A DNA stretch of 61,593 nt, filler included. It is 8 parts of 8 records of this genome, joined end to end, with 100 filler letters (N's around TTAATTAATTAA, not from the genome) between each part and the next. Parts side by side here need not be neighbours in the genome. Positions count along the whole stretch, not along the records: positions 10,099 to 15,197 come from SRR31147125_126350; positions 15,298 to 26,291 come from SRR31147125_126554; 6 more parts are not named here. One strand, written 5' to 3'. This document shows positions 11,935-22,707 of the stretch, in pieces. Numbering within the stretch: position 1 is the first letter of the stretch; each line of letters begins with the position of its first letter. Under the pieces are notes generated by a model. It was not told where the DNA came from and ran no database searches. It was given only the letters and a program-made list of their open reading frames with translations. Both the position numbers and the translations under genes were made by a program.

Positions 11935-14193
11935 TCAAATGAACAACCCTATGGGGTTCAGCTCACTCTCTTTCAGTTTTCTCTCCAGCAGCCCCATTTC
12001 AAAAGGAACATCATAGAGCCGGCCCGGTCCGAACCGGGGCCAGAAATGGCGCATACCCGGAACAATGACTTTGACCACGGGCAAACCGATATCCGGCCGG
12101 GTCAGATCCAGCACAAGCGTTTCCAGGCCCCTTTTTTCGGCCTTTTCAATGCAGAATCGGACACTGTCCGTGATTGTGGGCGGACACAACGATTTAAACG
12201 CTTCCATACGCTTTAACGGAAGGTCGGGATTCGGCGTCAGATACGGCATCTTTTCAAATTCGGCATCATTGAGCCAGCTCACAAAATTCTCATCCCGGGT
12301 CAAATATCGCCCTTTGGCACGCTGGGCTTCGGGCACTGCGGCAATGGGCAGAATCTGATTCAACTCCACCAATGCCCGCTCCAGGGCAATGGCGGCATCC
12401 ACATGGGCGCCGAAACCGAAAACGATGTTTTCCGGTCCGCCGTCCATTCGATGGGACAGCGCACCAAAGGTCGGGATGCCCAGATCTGCGGTCAAATCCA
12501 GGACATGGAGGCTTCGCTTCATGGCGTGGTAAAACTCCGAAAGCCGGGTAATGTAAGGGTCGTTCCAGCTTGAAAGATCGACACCGGGCTTTCTCAACCG
12601 ATTGTACCACCACTGGGCCACACTATCCCGCTCCACCAACTCCAAGAAGCCCTGAAGTATTGCCTCTTCAATGGAGTTTCCGGCAGCGCAGCCGTTGCTG
12701 TCTGGAAATGCAAACGGGTGGTGCTCGTCCTCAGCCGGATATTGTGCATAGCAAAAGGAGGCAGGCAGGTATTTGAAGGACTTTTGGGTCATGGAGTATA
12801 CCGGTGCCCACGCCATTGTTCTTGACACGTCAAACCGTATCGGCACCAACGCGTAAAAGTGTGACAAATCGTGATTGAGGGCCAGGCGGTTGTCAAACTG
12901 GCTGTGGCTGTAATTCATGCAGGCATTGGGATGAATCGCCTGGCTGCCCAACTCATTGAAACTCGAACGGATGAAGTGCTCATCCCCTTGATATGCCAGA
13001 CTGTAGCGTTCGATGGCCTCACACAGCGCACCGGTCTTGGCCTGTTCCAAGGTTTTGCCTTTGCCGCCGCTGGCGCTGCGGATATGTTGATTGAGCCAGA
13101 AGAGATTTTTGCTTCGAAACGCCAGATTGCGACCGGAAGAAAAATTGTAAACCGGTGCGCCGTTCATGCGATGATAGGGTTTCAACTCCTGAACCACGCC
13201 GGTGATGGGGCTCACATGACAAGAGAATTTTCTTAGGGTCTCCTCCGGAGATGTTTCCCGATATCCGCCTAATCTCCCTTTGGTCGGGGTGGTGTTGTCA
13301 CTCAAAACGATGGGTGTCAATTCGATGCCGGCCCGGTGGCCGCACACCGGGCATTGCGGCCGTTTGACAAGTTCATGGGACTCGGTTTTCAAGGCGTGGG
13401 TGTCAAAACTCACCAGCCGCCCCTCCAGGCGATCATTTTTACCGTGATACAACCACTTGACGATTTCAAGAGCGGCCAGATCAGCCGCGGTGCGAAAGGT
13501 CTGGGCAAGGCCGGAAAGAGGCTTGGGCGGCCTTTGGGTGGTATTTTTTTGGGTTTGAAAAAACGAGTTGATGGGGAAATTGATTTCCAGACGCTGATGC
13601 AAACACTCCCAACATCCGGTTTTTCCGGGGACAAATATGGGACCGAGCCACACGTCCACCCCCACGGGCTTGACCAGCATCCACGGCTGTTCTTTTTCAG
13701 CAGCACGGCGATTCAACGCCGCCAGGTCAACGTGGGCATAGTCGTCGGTAATCACCAGTGTCAAATCCCCTTTCTCACTGATGGATATTCCCAGGGATTC
13801 AAAGGTGTCCCGAAAGATCGGCATCGGTTCGATCCCGACAAACTCAAGTGAGATGCTTGTCGATTGCAACATCTCCGACAACCGCGTCACATCCATGCCC
13901 TGGGCATTCCAATAGGCGCATGCCGCCTCGGGAATGTGGGGGGTTGCCTCGGTAAGATACCCTTTGCTCTCCAGCACCTGAACCCCCATGAAAACATCCA
14001 TGGGGGTCATGCTCTCTTTCAGCGCTTGCGCCAACGCATCCATACTCAGGCCGTGTCCATGAATCTTCGAGAGTACCTGCACATAACGCGCTCCCGTAAG
14101 AACAACACTATCTGCCTCCGATGATAGAATCACGGTTTGCCCGTCAATAAATTCAGCGTGATAACAGTATTTGAGTTTTGGATTCTTGAGCAT
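11935..14193 (-). CDS. Fused RRE-E1-like-YcaO cyclodehydratase (TOMM type)
   Basis: N-terminal winged-helix/RRE-like region; GPIFVPGKTGCWECL and KRPQCPVCG; YcaO motifs GKGKT..QA..ALCEAIERYS and SNGCAAGNSIEEAILQGFLELVERD; ends ELNPIGLFI. Confidence 0.93.
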   Translation of the reverse strand: MLKNPKLKYCYHAEFIDGQTVILSSEADSVVLTGARYVQVLSKIHGHGLSMDALAQALKESMTPMDVFMGVQVLESKGYLTEATPHIPEAACAYWNAQGMDVTRLSEMLQSTSISLEFVGIEPMPIFRDTFESLGISISEKGDLTLVITDDYAHVDLAALNRRAAEKEQPWMLVKPVGVDVWLGPIFVPGKTGCWECLHQRLEINFPINSFFQTQKNTTQRPPKPLSGLAQTFRTAADLAALEIVKWLYHGKNDRLEGRLVSFDTHALKTESHELVKRPQCPVCGHRAGIELTPIVLSDNTTPTKGRLGGYRETSPEETLRKFSCHVSPITGVVQELKPYHRMNGAPVYNFSSGRNLAFRSKNLFWLNQHIRSASGGKGKTLEQAKTGALCEAIERYSLAYQGDEHFIRSSFNELGSQAIHPNACMNYSHSQFDNRLALNHDLSHFYALVPIRFDVSRTMAWAPVYSMTQKSFKYLPASFCYAQYPAEDEHHPFAFPDSNGCAAGNSIEEAILQGFLELVERDSVAQWWYNRLRKPGVDLSSWNDPYITRLSEFYHAMKRSLHVLDLTADLGIPTFGALSHRMDGGPENIVFGFGAHVDAAIALERALVELNQILPIAAVPEAQRAKGRYLTRDENFVSWLNDAEFEKMPYLTPNPDLPLKRMEAFKSLCPPTITDSVRFCIEKAEKRGLETLVLDLTRPDIGLPVVKVIVPGMRHFWPRFGPGRLYDVPFEMGLLERKLKESELNPIGLFI

Positions 14194-14294
14194 AACAAAG
14201 TCGTTTCAAATCGTTTTGGACCGGCTTCGGATTCCCGGATACAATTCATGAAATTCCAGAAGGGTTCCGAATCCTCATTCTGTTCAACAGATAG

Positions 14295-14361
14295 ACGTTT
14301 CAATACAGAATTGGCTATATACCATACTAGAGTTGGCTATATATCATACTAATTGAAACGT
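14295..14361. promoter_or_regulatory. Tandem 19-bp direct repeats flanked by a 10-bp inverted repeat, upstream of ycaO
   Basis: TTGGCTATATAYCATACTA at 14311 and 14333; ACGTTTCAAT (14295) and ATTGAAACGT (14352). Confidence 0.5.
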
Positions 14362-14548
14362 GTTAATAAAAATATCTCTTAACTTAAAATTATCCGATAC
14401 GCCCTTTAGCGCCTCATGACAATACAACCATTTTTTACACGACCTTCCCCACTTCATACCCCAGCCCCCATGGGCCGGATATCGATACTGATCCGGGCCC
14501 AAACCAAAACGAGCGATAAACATGCCGAATTGTACATAACAACAAATA

Positions 14549-15145
14549 TCAGGATTTTCTAAAATCCGGATAAAGAATCGCTCTGCATTCCGGGCAGATC
14601 CCATGGCTGAAATCCGCATCGGAAAACTTGTGAATATACACTTCCAACTGCTGCCATTGGCCTTGATCGTCCCGGATTTTTTTGCAACTGGAACAAATGG
14701 GCAGCAAACCGCTGAGGGTTTTGACTTTTTTCAGTGCCTGTTGAAGCTCCAGCAGGGTCCGGCTCAAGGTGATATGGGTTCTCACCCGGGCCTTGACGGT
14801 ATCCGGATTAAAGGGTTTGGTGATATAATCCACCGCCCCCAGTGCAAACCCTTTGGCCTCATCCATCACCTCTGAAACCGCAGTGATGAAAATCACGGGA
14901 ATACTCTTGGTGGCGTCATTCTGTTTCAGCCGTTTACACACTTCATATCCATCGATGTCGGGCATTAGAATATCCAACAGTATCAGATCCGGCTGAGGAT
15001 CGGCAATCGCCTTGTCCAGGGTTGATTTGCCGTTTTTCACCGGAGTGATATGATAGTCGTGCTTCAACAGCGCCACCAGGACACTCAAATTTTCCGGCAT
15101 ATCATCGGCAATTAAAATTCTGGATTTGGAGGAATGGGGATTCAT
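14549..15145 (-). CDS. Response regulator (REC + C-terminal CxxC...HxxCxxC putative Zn module)
   Basis: ILIADD, LILLDILMP, DYITKP; LPICSSCKKIRD...FSHGICPEC; GGAG before the ATG at 15145. Confidence 0.88.
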   Translation of the reverse strand: MNPHSSKSRILIADDMPENLSVLVALLKHDYHITPVKNGKSTLDKAIADPQPDLILLDILMPDIDGYEVCKRLKQNDATKSIPVIFITAVSEVMDEAKGFALGAVDYITKPFNPDTVKARVRTHITLSRTLLELQQALKKVKTLSGLLPICSSCKKIRDDQGQWQQLEVYIHKFSDADFSHGICPECRAILYPDFRKS

Positions 15146-15197
15146 ACGGTTGTCTCCAGTAAAATTCGGTATAACTGCCATGGGCAGACCATGATTA

Positions 15198-15297
15198 NNN
15201 NNNNNNNNNNNNNNNNNNNNNNNNNNNNNNNNNNNNNNNNNTTAATTAATTAANNNNNNNNNNNNNNNNNNNNNNNNNNNNNNNNNNNNNNNNNNNN
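15198..15297. other. Artificial contig spacer
   Basis: N44-TTAATTAATTAA-N44. Confidence 0.98.
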
Positions 15298-17290
15298 TTT
15301 GACTTGAGGCGTGCGTCCGCGACACCATGGTGTCAAGAAGTTCAGGGCGCTGAATAAAGATCCGCGACAGAAGCTGACTCGATCCGAAGAGGGAGATCAA
15401 CAGTTTCACCGTCGTCGGATTCTCAACCAGCAGCGAGAAAAATGAACTGCGCGCCTGAATCCCATGCAGAAACGCTTCAAGATTATTCAGCGCCTGATCC
15501 GGGTTGGGCGAATCGAGCAGTTCGCACATCAGCTGCGGCATCAGTTTATCCATGCAGCGCCGCGCTTTCCGGGTCATACGCTTGTGCGGGTCACCCTTGT
15601 AGAGCAGCTGCAGACTGTCGTAAGCTGCATCAGGATTGTTGAAGCCTTTTTCTTCGAGCAGGTCCTTGACCAGGTCTGGATCCGATTCTTCGTCAAAGAT
15701 AAAGACGACATCCGGACGGATATCCTGCTCCGGTTCTTCATCCGTGTGGAACAGGTCGTTAAATGACGCGCTGACGCTGGACCGATGCTGTTCCAGACAG
15801 GCAGAGAACTGTTCAACGGTTGCAAACCCGCAGCGTCGGGCAAGAATCTCCTGTGAACGCTCCTCTTTAGGCAGCGCGTGCGTCTGCTGCTCCTGAACAA
15901 TCTGGATGCGGTGCTCGACCTTGCGCAGAAAGCGGTACGCTTCGGACAGAGTGTGGCGATCTTCATCCGAGATCAGACCGTCATCGACCAGAAGTCCCAG
16001 CATGGTCAGCGAGTTGCGATCTCGCAGCTGTGGCTTGCGACCACCGTTCACCAGTTGCTGCGCCTGAATAAAAAATTCAATCTCGCGGATTCCGCCTCGG
16101 CCCAACTTCAGGTTGCGCTCTTCCTCCTGATCGCGTCCGAGGCTGGCGTTAATCTTCTGCTTCATGATTTTGATATCTTCGATCATACCAAAGTCGAGGT
16201 AGCGCCGGTAGATAAACGGCGTAAGCCTCTGCAAAAGCTCTTCTCCAATCGCCATCGATCCGGCGACCGGACGCGCCTTGATCATTGCAGCCCGCTCCCA
16301 ACCCTGCCCCCAGGATTCGTAATAATTCTCCGCGCCATTAACCGAGATCGCCAGATCACCATTATTGCCGTCAGGGCGCAAGCGGGTATCAACCCTGAAG
16401 ACAAAACCGTCCGTTGTAACCTGGTGCAGGGCCCGTGTGATCATTTCCGCCAGTTTGACAAAATAGCGGTGCAGGCTGATCGCTTCCTCGCGCTGCCCCC
16501 CTTCCGTTTCCCCGTTATTGGAGGAGTAGCAGTAGATCAGGTCGATATCGGAAGAAAAGTTCAATTCATTGCCACCGAATTTCCCCATACCCAGGATGGT
16601 CATCTCGGCGAGCCGCGTGTTTCCTTCATCCGTTGTTTCCAGAGGGCGTCCGTAGTCCTTCTGCAATAGCAACCCGCAGATTTCATAAGCCCGCTGCAGG
16701 CTGGCCGCCGCCAGACCGGACAATTCCGCCATCACCTCTTCCAGAGAGGCGAGCTCACACAGGTCACGGCTACCGATGCGCAGGATCTGACGCGCCTTAT
16801 ACTGCCGGAGAACCTGCTGAAGCGTCTCAAAGTCGGAATCATCGGGAATGAGGTCACGCAGTTCACTCAACATCTGGGATTCATCACAGGATTTCTGAAG
16901 ATCACCGTCGATGAACAGGTGGCTGAAATGCTCGCGTTGACGACAGAGGATCGCCGCCATAAAGGGCGAGCCACCAAGAACCGTCAGCAGAAAACGACGG
17001 GCCTCCGGATCCAGAAGGACCTGCTTCAGCTGACCCTGATCAACGATATCAAACAAGCGCTCAAGCAGGTTCAGAGCACCATCCGGGTCGGCACTTTCAA
17101 GAGCCTGGGCAAACAGTTCTGCCATCAGCGAACGCTCACCCAGCTGTTCATCAATCAGCTTCAGGTTGGTGCGAGTCCGCTCTTTGTCAATCAACGCAAA
17201 CGTCTCCAGCCAACCGAGAAGGCTGTCTTCGTCCGTGTCCAGCAGGGCCAGATGGTTCAGTATTTCCTGATAATCAGGGGTCATCGGCAC
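15298..17290 (-). CDS. glnE: Glutamine synthetase adenylyltransferase, 3'-partial
   Basis: ILGMGKFGGNELNFSSDIDLIY, FRVDTRLRPDG, WERAAMIKARPVAG, NLKLGRGGIREIEF. Confidence 0.95.
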
Positions 17291-17293
17291 ACC

Positions 17294-18361
17294 TCAACGC
17301 TTGTTGACAAGCTCTGCCAAACGCTTCAGGTAATCGCCCTCGGCAACACCATTTTCCGTGATAATAGCGGTCACCAGTTCATTCGGCGTCACATCAAACG
17401 CCGGATTCCTGACAGAAATCCCTTCGGGAGCCAGCTGGATGTCTTTCACATGAGTAATCTCGCGAGCATCCCGCTCCTCAATCGGAATCAGAGAGCCATC
17501 GCCCAGGCTAAGGTCAATCGTCGACACCGGTGCGGCAACATAGAAGGGGATATTGTGGGTCTTCGCCAGAACAGCGACCGTGTAGGTCCCGATTTTGTTG
17601 GCCACGTCACCATTGGCGGCAATCCTGTCCGCACCGACGATGACGGCATCGATTTCACCCTGACTCATCAGGTAGCCGGCCATATTGTCGCAGATCAGGG
17701 TCACCGGGATATTATCCTTCTGCAATTCCCAGGCGGTTAAACGCGCACCCTGAAGGAAGGGACGCGTTTCATCAGCAATCACCGAGATCTTCTTCCCGGC
17801 CGCCACAGCCGCGCGAATAACCCCCAGCGCTGTTCCGTAACCAGCCGTGGCCAGAGCTCCGGCGTTGCAATGAGTCAGGACACGGGCTTCTTCCGGGAAG
17901 AGAGCTTGTCCGTGCTGGCCCATCTTCTGATTGATCATCTCATCTTCCTGGGTGATCGCCAGCGCCTCATATTCAAGACCGATCTTCAGTTCCATGACCG
18001 ACCGATCCAAATTGGCAAAAGCGAAACGTTTCATCCTCTCAAGGGCCCAGAACAGGTTGACCGCCGTCGGACGGGTTGCGGCGAGAACGTCACAGATCTT
18101 TTCCAGCTCCGCATAAAAGTCTTTGGATGACTCCGTTTCGATATCACGTGCGCCGAACCAGGCTCCAATCGCAGCTGCGACCCCAATGGCCGGAGCACCG
18201 CGGACAACCATGCTGCGGATCGCCTCGGCGACCTCTTCATAGGTCGTGTAGCTGATCCAGACCTCTTCAGCAGGCAGCAGACGCTGATCCAGCATCTGAC
18301 ACTTCCCGGCAATGAATCGGATCGGGCGAATAACATTCGGATCGATGTGGCACGTTGACAT
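17294..18361 (-). CDS. mtnA: S-methyl-5-thioribose-1-phosphate isomerase
   Basis: [55 protein letters not shown]. Confidence 0.95.
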   Translation of the reverse strand: MSTCHIDPNVIRPIRFIAGKCQMLDQRLLPAEEVWISYTTYEEVAEAIRSMVVRGAPAIGVAAAIGAWFGARDIETESSKDFYAELEKICDVLAATRPTAVNLFWALERMKRFAFANLDRSVMELKIGLEYEALAITQEDEMINQKMGQHGQALFPEEARVLTHCNAGALATAGYGTALGVIRAAVAAGKKISVIADETRPFLQGARLTAWELQKDNIPVTLICDNMAGYLMSQGEIDAVIVGADRIAANGDVANKIGTYTVAVLAKTHNIPFYVAAPVSTIDLSLGDGSLIPIEERDAREITHVKDIQLAPEGISVRNPAFDVTPNELVTAIITENGVAEGDYLKRLAELVNKR

Positions 18362-18429
18362 GTTTCACTCCATGTAAAATATCAATCGGTTTCACGACCC
18401 CCTCTCCCTGAAGAGAGGAGGATAACGGC

Positions 18430-19863
18430 TTAAGACAACTTCTTCTTCAGCAGTTGATTGGCCATCCCCGGGTTCGCTTTCCCTTTGCTGGCCTTCATCA
18501 CCTGGCCGACAAAAAATCCCATCAGCTTCTCCTTGCCCGCCTTGTACTCGGCGACCTGACCGGGATTGGCCGCGATCACCTCATCAACAATCGCCTCGAT
18601 AGCTCCCGTATCAGTGACCTGCTTCAGGCCTTTCTCTTCAATCACCTGGTCGGCTGTCTTTCCCGTCTGCCAGATCTCTTCAAAAACCGTCTTGGCGATC
18701 TTGCCGGAGATTGTTTTGTCATCGATCCGTTTAAGAACACCCGCCAGAAGCTCTGGAGAGACCGGGCACTCAGCCATCGGAATCGCCTTATCCTTGAGCG
18801 CTCCCAGGACTTCGCTCATGATCCAGTTTGAACAGACCTTCGGCTGATTGTGAAGAGCGACCAGAGCATCGAAATAGGCGGCGACACTCTTGTCCGCAAC
18901 CAGAACTCCGGCATCGTAAGCGGGTAGGCCAAGCTCCTCTTCGTAGCGCTTCAACTTCACCTCCGGGAGCTCCGGCAGGCCATTTCTGACTTCGTCAATC
19001 CAGCTGTCCGAGATGTTAATTGGCAGCAGATCCGGGTCCGGAAAGTAACGGTAGTCATGCGCTTCCTCTTTCCCGCGCATCGACCGTGTGACCCCGGTGT
19101 CGGCATCAAACAAGCGGGTTTCCTGAACGACCTTGCCGCCGTCCTCAATGACCTCAATCTGACGCTCAACTTCGTACTCGATTGCCTGCTTGATGAAGCG
19201 GAAAGAGTTGATGTTTTTCAATTCCGCCCGGGTTCCGAGCTCCTCCTGCCCCCAGGGGCGGATCGAGACGTTGGCATCACAGCGGAAAGACCCTTCCTCC
19301 AGGTTGCCATCGCAGATCCCCAGATAAACGACAATCTGGTGAAGCTGCTTCAGGTATGCGATCGCCTCTTCGGGACTGCGCATATCCGGTTCGGAGACCA
19401 CTTCCAACAGCGGCGTACAGGCCCGGTTCAGGTCGACCGATGAGCTGTTGCCATCGCTATGCAGCAACTTGCCCGCGTCTTCCTCCATGTGGATCCGGGT
19501 GATCCCGATGCGCTTTTTTTCACCCTCTTCCAGATCAATATCGAGCCAGCCGTGCTCGCAGATCGGCAGTTCAAACTGAGAGATCTGATAACCCTTCGGC
19601 AGATCGGGGTAGAAGTAATTCTTACGCGCAAAAATGGACCGTGGTGCGATACTGCAATTCGTCGCCAGCCCCGCCTTGATCGCGTTTTCAACCACCTGAC
19701 GGTTCAGCACCGGCAGGGCACCGGGCAGGCCCAGGCAGACCGGACAGGTCTGACTGTTCGGAGACTGTCCAAACGCGGTCGAACAACCGCAGAAAATTTT
19801 TGTCTTTGTCGTCAATTGAACGTGGACCTCAAGACCAATGACAACTTCATATCTGGAATTCAT
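18430..19863 (-). CDS. gatB: Asp/Glu-tRNA amidotransferase subunit B
   Basis: [44 protein letters not shown]. Confidence 0.98.
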   Translation of the reverse strand: MNSRYEVVIGLEVHVQLTTKTKIFCGCSTAFGQSPNSQTCPVCLGLPGALPVLNRQVVENAIKAGLATNCSIAPRSIFARKNYFYPDLPKGYQISQFELPICEHGWLDIDLEEGEKKRIGITRIHMEEDAGKLLHSDGNSSSVDLNRACTPLLEVVSEPDMRSPEEAIAYLKQLHQIVVYLGICDGNLEEGSFRCDANVSIRPWGQEELGTRAELKNINSFRFIKQAIEYEVERQIEVIEDGGKVVQETRLFDADTGVTRSMRGKEEAHDYRYFPDPDLLPINISDSWIDEVRNGLPELPEVKLKRYEEELGLPAYDAGVLVADKSVAAYFDALVALHNQPKVCSNWIMSEVLGALKDKAIPMAECPVSPELLAGVLKRIDDKTISGKIAKTVFEEIWQTGKTADQVIEEKGLKQVTDTGAIEAIVDEVIAANPGQVAEYKAGKEKLMGFFVGQVMKASKGKANPGMANQLLKKKLS

Positions 19864-19900
19864 GTTCGCCTCTTTCCTCTCCCAGAGTTCTCAATATATC

Positions 19901-21358
19901 TCACAGCTGCGGGGCGTGGTCGCCCAGATCGACAGCCTGTTCAAGCGCGTAAGCCGCTTTCAGGATTTCTGCTTCGGCAAACGGCTGGCCAATCAGCTGA
20001 ACACCAATCGGCAGTCCCTCCTGGCTGACTCCACAGGGCAGACTCAGCGCGCAGGTCCCCGCCAGATTGACCGGGATGGTGAAGATATCCGACAAGTACA
20101 TCTGCAGCGGATCATCGACCATCTCACCGAGCTTGAACGCAGGGGTCGGAGCAACCGGGGTCAGCAGCATATCAACCTTCTCAAAAGCATCGAGAAAGTC
20201 CTGACGGATCAGGGTTCTGACCTTTTGTGCCTTCAGGTAATAGGCATCGTAGTATCCGGAGGACAGCGCATAGGTTCCAAGCATGATCCGGCGTTTGACC
20301 TCTTCACCGAACCCGGCTGCCCGGGTCTGCTGATACATGTTGATCAAACCGTTGCCATCATCCTTGCGAACACCGAAGCGGACGCCATCATAACGAGCCA
20401 GATTGCTCGAAGCTTCCGCCGTCGCAATCAGATAGTAACAGGCCACAGAGTAATCGGTATGAGGCAGGGACACCTCGACGATCTCTGCTCCCAGGCCACG
20501 ATAGGTCTCAATGGCGGCATCCACAGCCCGCTTAACTTCCGGATTGAGCCCGTCAATAAAGTATTCTTTAGGCAGGCCGATCTTCTTCCCCTGAACACCG
20601 TCGGTGATACCATCCAGATAATCGGGCACCGGCGTGTCGACCGAGGTCGAATCAGCCGGGTCATAGCCGGCCACCGCGCCCAGCATCAGCGCACAGTCTT
20701 CAACGCTTCGCGCCAGAGGTCCGACCTGATCCAGCGAGGAGGCATAGGCAACAACCCCGTACCGGGAGACCCGCCCGTAGGTCGGCTTGAGACCAACCAC
20801 GCCGCAATGAGATGCCGGTTGACGGATCGAACCGCCGGTATCGGTCCCCAGCGTCGCGACCACCTGCCGCGCAGCGACAGCAGCTGCGCTGCCTCCCGAA
20901 GACCCTCCAGGAACACGTTCATGATCCCAGGGATTTCGAACCGCACCCGCAGCGCTGTTCTCATTGGAGCTACCCATGGCAAACTCATCCATGTTCAGCT
21001 TGCCGACAATGATTCCACCCTGGTCACGCAGTTTGGCAATCGCCGTCGCATCGTACGGGGCGACGTAATTATCCAGAATGTTTGAACCGCAGGTTGTGCG
21101 CACGCCAAGGGTGTTAAAAATATCCTTGACCGCAAACGGGATACCGGTCAAAGGCGGTGCGTCCCCCGCGGCCAATTTCTGATCAGCCGCTTCCGCTTCT
21201 TTGAGCGCCGTTTCTTCGCAAACAGTAATAAACGCGTTGATCTTTTCATCGGTCTGCTTGATCCGCGCCAGGCAGGCCCGAGTCAGCTCGACCGATGTTA
21301 CGTCACCATCCGCCAGCTTTTTCCGCAACTGTTGAATTGTGAGATCTTCAAAAGACAT
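19901..21358 (-). CDS. gatA: Asp/Glu-tRNA amidotransferase subunit A
   Basis: Amidase signature [41 protein letters not shown]. Confidence 0.98.
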   Translation of the reverse strand: MSFEDLTIQQLRKKLADGDVTSVELTRACLARIKQTDEKINAFITVCEETALKEAEAADQKLAAGDAPPLTGIPFAVKDIFNTLGVRTTCGSNILDNYVAPYDATAIAKLRDQGGIIVGKLNMDEFAMGSSNENSAAGAVRNPWDHERVPGGSSGGSAAAVAARQVVATLGTDTGGSIRQPASHCGVVGLKPTYGRVSRYGVVAYASSLDQVGPLARSVEDCALMLGAVAGYDPADSTSVDTPVPDYLDGITDGVQGKKIGLPKEYFIDGLNPEVKRAVDAAIETYRGLGAEIVEVSLPHTDYSVACYYLIATAEASSNLARYDGVRFGVRKDDGNGLINMYQQTRAAGFGEEVKRRIMLGTYALSSGYYDAYYLKAQKVRTLIRQDFLDAFEKVDMLLTPVAPTPAFKLGEMVDDPLQMYLSDIFTIPVNLAGTCALSLPCGVSQEGLPIGVQLIGQPFAEAEILKAAYALEQAVDLGDHAPQL

Positions 21359-21429
21359 AAATGACTCCAAAATTCTGTCACACACGAGAACATCACCTGC
21401 TGATGGCAGGCAGGTCCCCTGCGCTGGTC

Positions 21430-21717
21430 CTATTCAATAACCTTCGGTACGGTAAAACAGTCATCCCCGGACTGTGGCGCATTCTTCAACGCCTTGTCGA
21501 TGCCGATCGACGGACGCATTCTGTCCTCCCGAAACGCATTGGCCATCGGCACAGCATGTGCGGTCGGCTCGATCCCATCGGTATCCAGTTCATTCAACTT
21601 GTCGACATAGCCAAGAATGCCATCCATCTGACCGGTCATCAGCTCCAGCTCCTCCGGAGTCAGTGTCATGCGTGCCAAGCGGGCGACATGTTCAACATCT
21701 TTCTGCGTTATTTTCAT
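21430..21717 (-). CDS. gatC: Asp/Glu-tRNA amidotransferase subunit C
   Basis: [17 protein letters not shown]...[11 protein letters not shown]...FTVPKVIE, directly upstream of gatA. Confidence 0.95.
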   Translation of the reverse strand: MKITQKDVEHVARLARMTLTPEELELMTGQMDGILGYVDKLNELDTDGIEPTAHAVPMANAFREDRMRPSIGIDKALKNAPQSGDDCFTVPKVIE

Positions 21718-21785
21718 AACCTGTCCTGTCATCATCAGAGGCCGAGCACAAGGTCCGGCCCCTGACATGGTCAAATATGGCCTTT

Positions 21786-22652
21786 TCAGGCCGGTTCAAA
21801 TTCGCAAACAGCGTCTGCAACCTTGATCAGAGCTTCACTGTTGGCTGAATCGGGGTGAGAAAGAATATGCGGCTGCCCGGAATCACCACCAATGACAACC
21901 AGAGGCTCGAATGGAACCTTGGCCAGCAGGGCAAGGCCCGACTTCTCTGCCAGCTTTTCTGCGCCACCACTCTTGAAGATATCAGAACGCTCACTGCAGT
22001 GCGGGCAGATAAAACCGCTCATGTTTTCAACCAGTCCGACAACCGGCAATTTGAGCTCACGGCAGAAGCTGAGTGACTTCTCGACATCGGTCAAAGCCAC
22101 ATCCTGCGGCGTCGTTACCACGACAGCGGCGGACCGTGTTCCCAGCAACTGGACCGCACTCAGAGGCTCATCCCCGGTTCCCGGAGGGCAGTCGAGCAAC
22201 AGGTAGTCGAGATCACCCCAGACAACGTCAGCCAGAAGCTGCTGAATGGCGCCATGCTTCATCGGCCCGCGCATGATGGTCGCATCGTTGTTGTTGGCCA
22301 GCAGAAAACCGATCGACATCAATTTGAGGCCAGACACTTCCAGCGGATAAATGCCATTTTCATCAGCGTTGGGCCGCTCGCCCTCAAGCCCGAGCATCTT
22401 CGGAATGCTGGGCCCGTGAAGGTCGATATCGAGCAGGCCGACCTTCTTCCCTTTTTTCACCAGGGCCAGGGCCAGATTAACGGCCGTCGTACTTTTGCCG
22501 ACGCCGCCCTTACCCGACATGACGATAATCTTGTTCTCAACGCCGCACATCCTCTTGTCAAGAGCCTGGCGCATCTGAAACTGCTGGTCATTCGGATTTC
22601 CTTCCTGCTTCAACGAGCAGGAGCTATCACTGCATCCATCACAACTACTCAT
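21786..22652 (-). CDS. mrp: Mrp/NBP35 (ApbC) Fe-S cluster carrier ATPase
   Basis: SGKGGVGKST, DIDLHGPSIP, DCPPGTGDE, ENMSGFICPHC; Cys-rich N-terminus; AAGGAG RBS. Confidence 0.92.
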   Translation of the reverse strand: MSSCDGCSDSSCSLKQEGNPNDQQFQMRQALDKRMCGVENKIIVMSGKGGVGKSTTAVNLALALVKKGKKVGLLDIDLHGPSIPKMLGLEGERPNADENGIYPLEVSGLKLMSIGFLLANNNDATIMRGPMKHGAIQQLLADVVWGDLDYLLLDCPPGTGDEPLSAVQLLGTRSAAVVVTTPQDVALTDVEKSLSFCRELKLPVVGLVENMSGFICPHCSERSDIFKSGGAEKLAEKSGLALLAKVPFEPLVVIGGDSGQPHILSHPDSANSEALIKVADAVCEFEPA

Positions 22653-22707
22653 ACCTTTATCTCTCCTTACATCGATTTGTGTCATCCCCCTGCCTTCACA
22701 GGGGAGT

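Noticed and set aside
11831-11938. N-terminal extension of the precursor ORF (205-aa version)
   Set aside because: The strong AAGGAGGA RBS precedes the ATG at 11830, and the longer start is a TTG overlapping the ycaO stop.
14311-14351. Tandem 19-bp repeat as a possible mini-CRISPR
   Set aside because: Only two copies, a 3-nt gap and no cas genes. No CRISPR array, tRNA or rRNA was recognised anywhere in the window.
19838-21085. Long opposite-strand ORFs (for example 19838-21085, 41569-43053, 50718-52094)
   Set aside because: Antisense shadows of well-supported genes, expected from codon bias.
15298-21717. gatCAB-mtnA-glnE gene order
   Set aside because: Housekeeping genes in an order I recall from Geobacter-like genomes; not novel.
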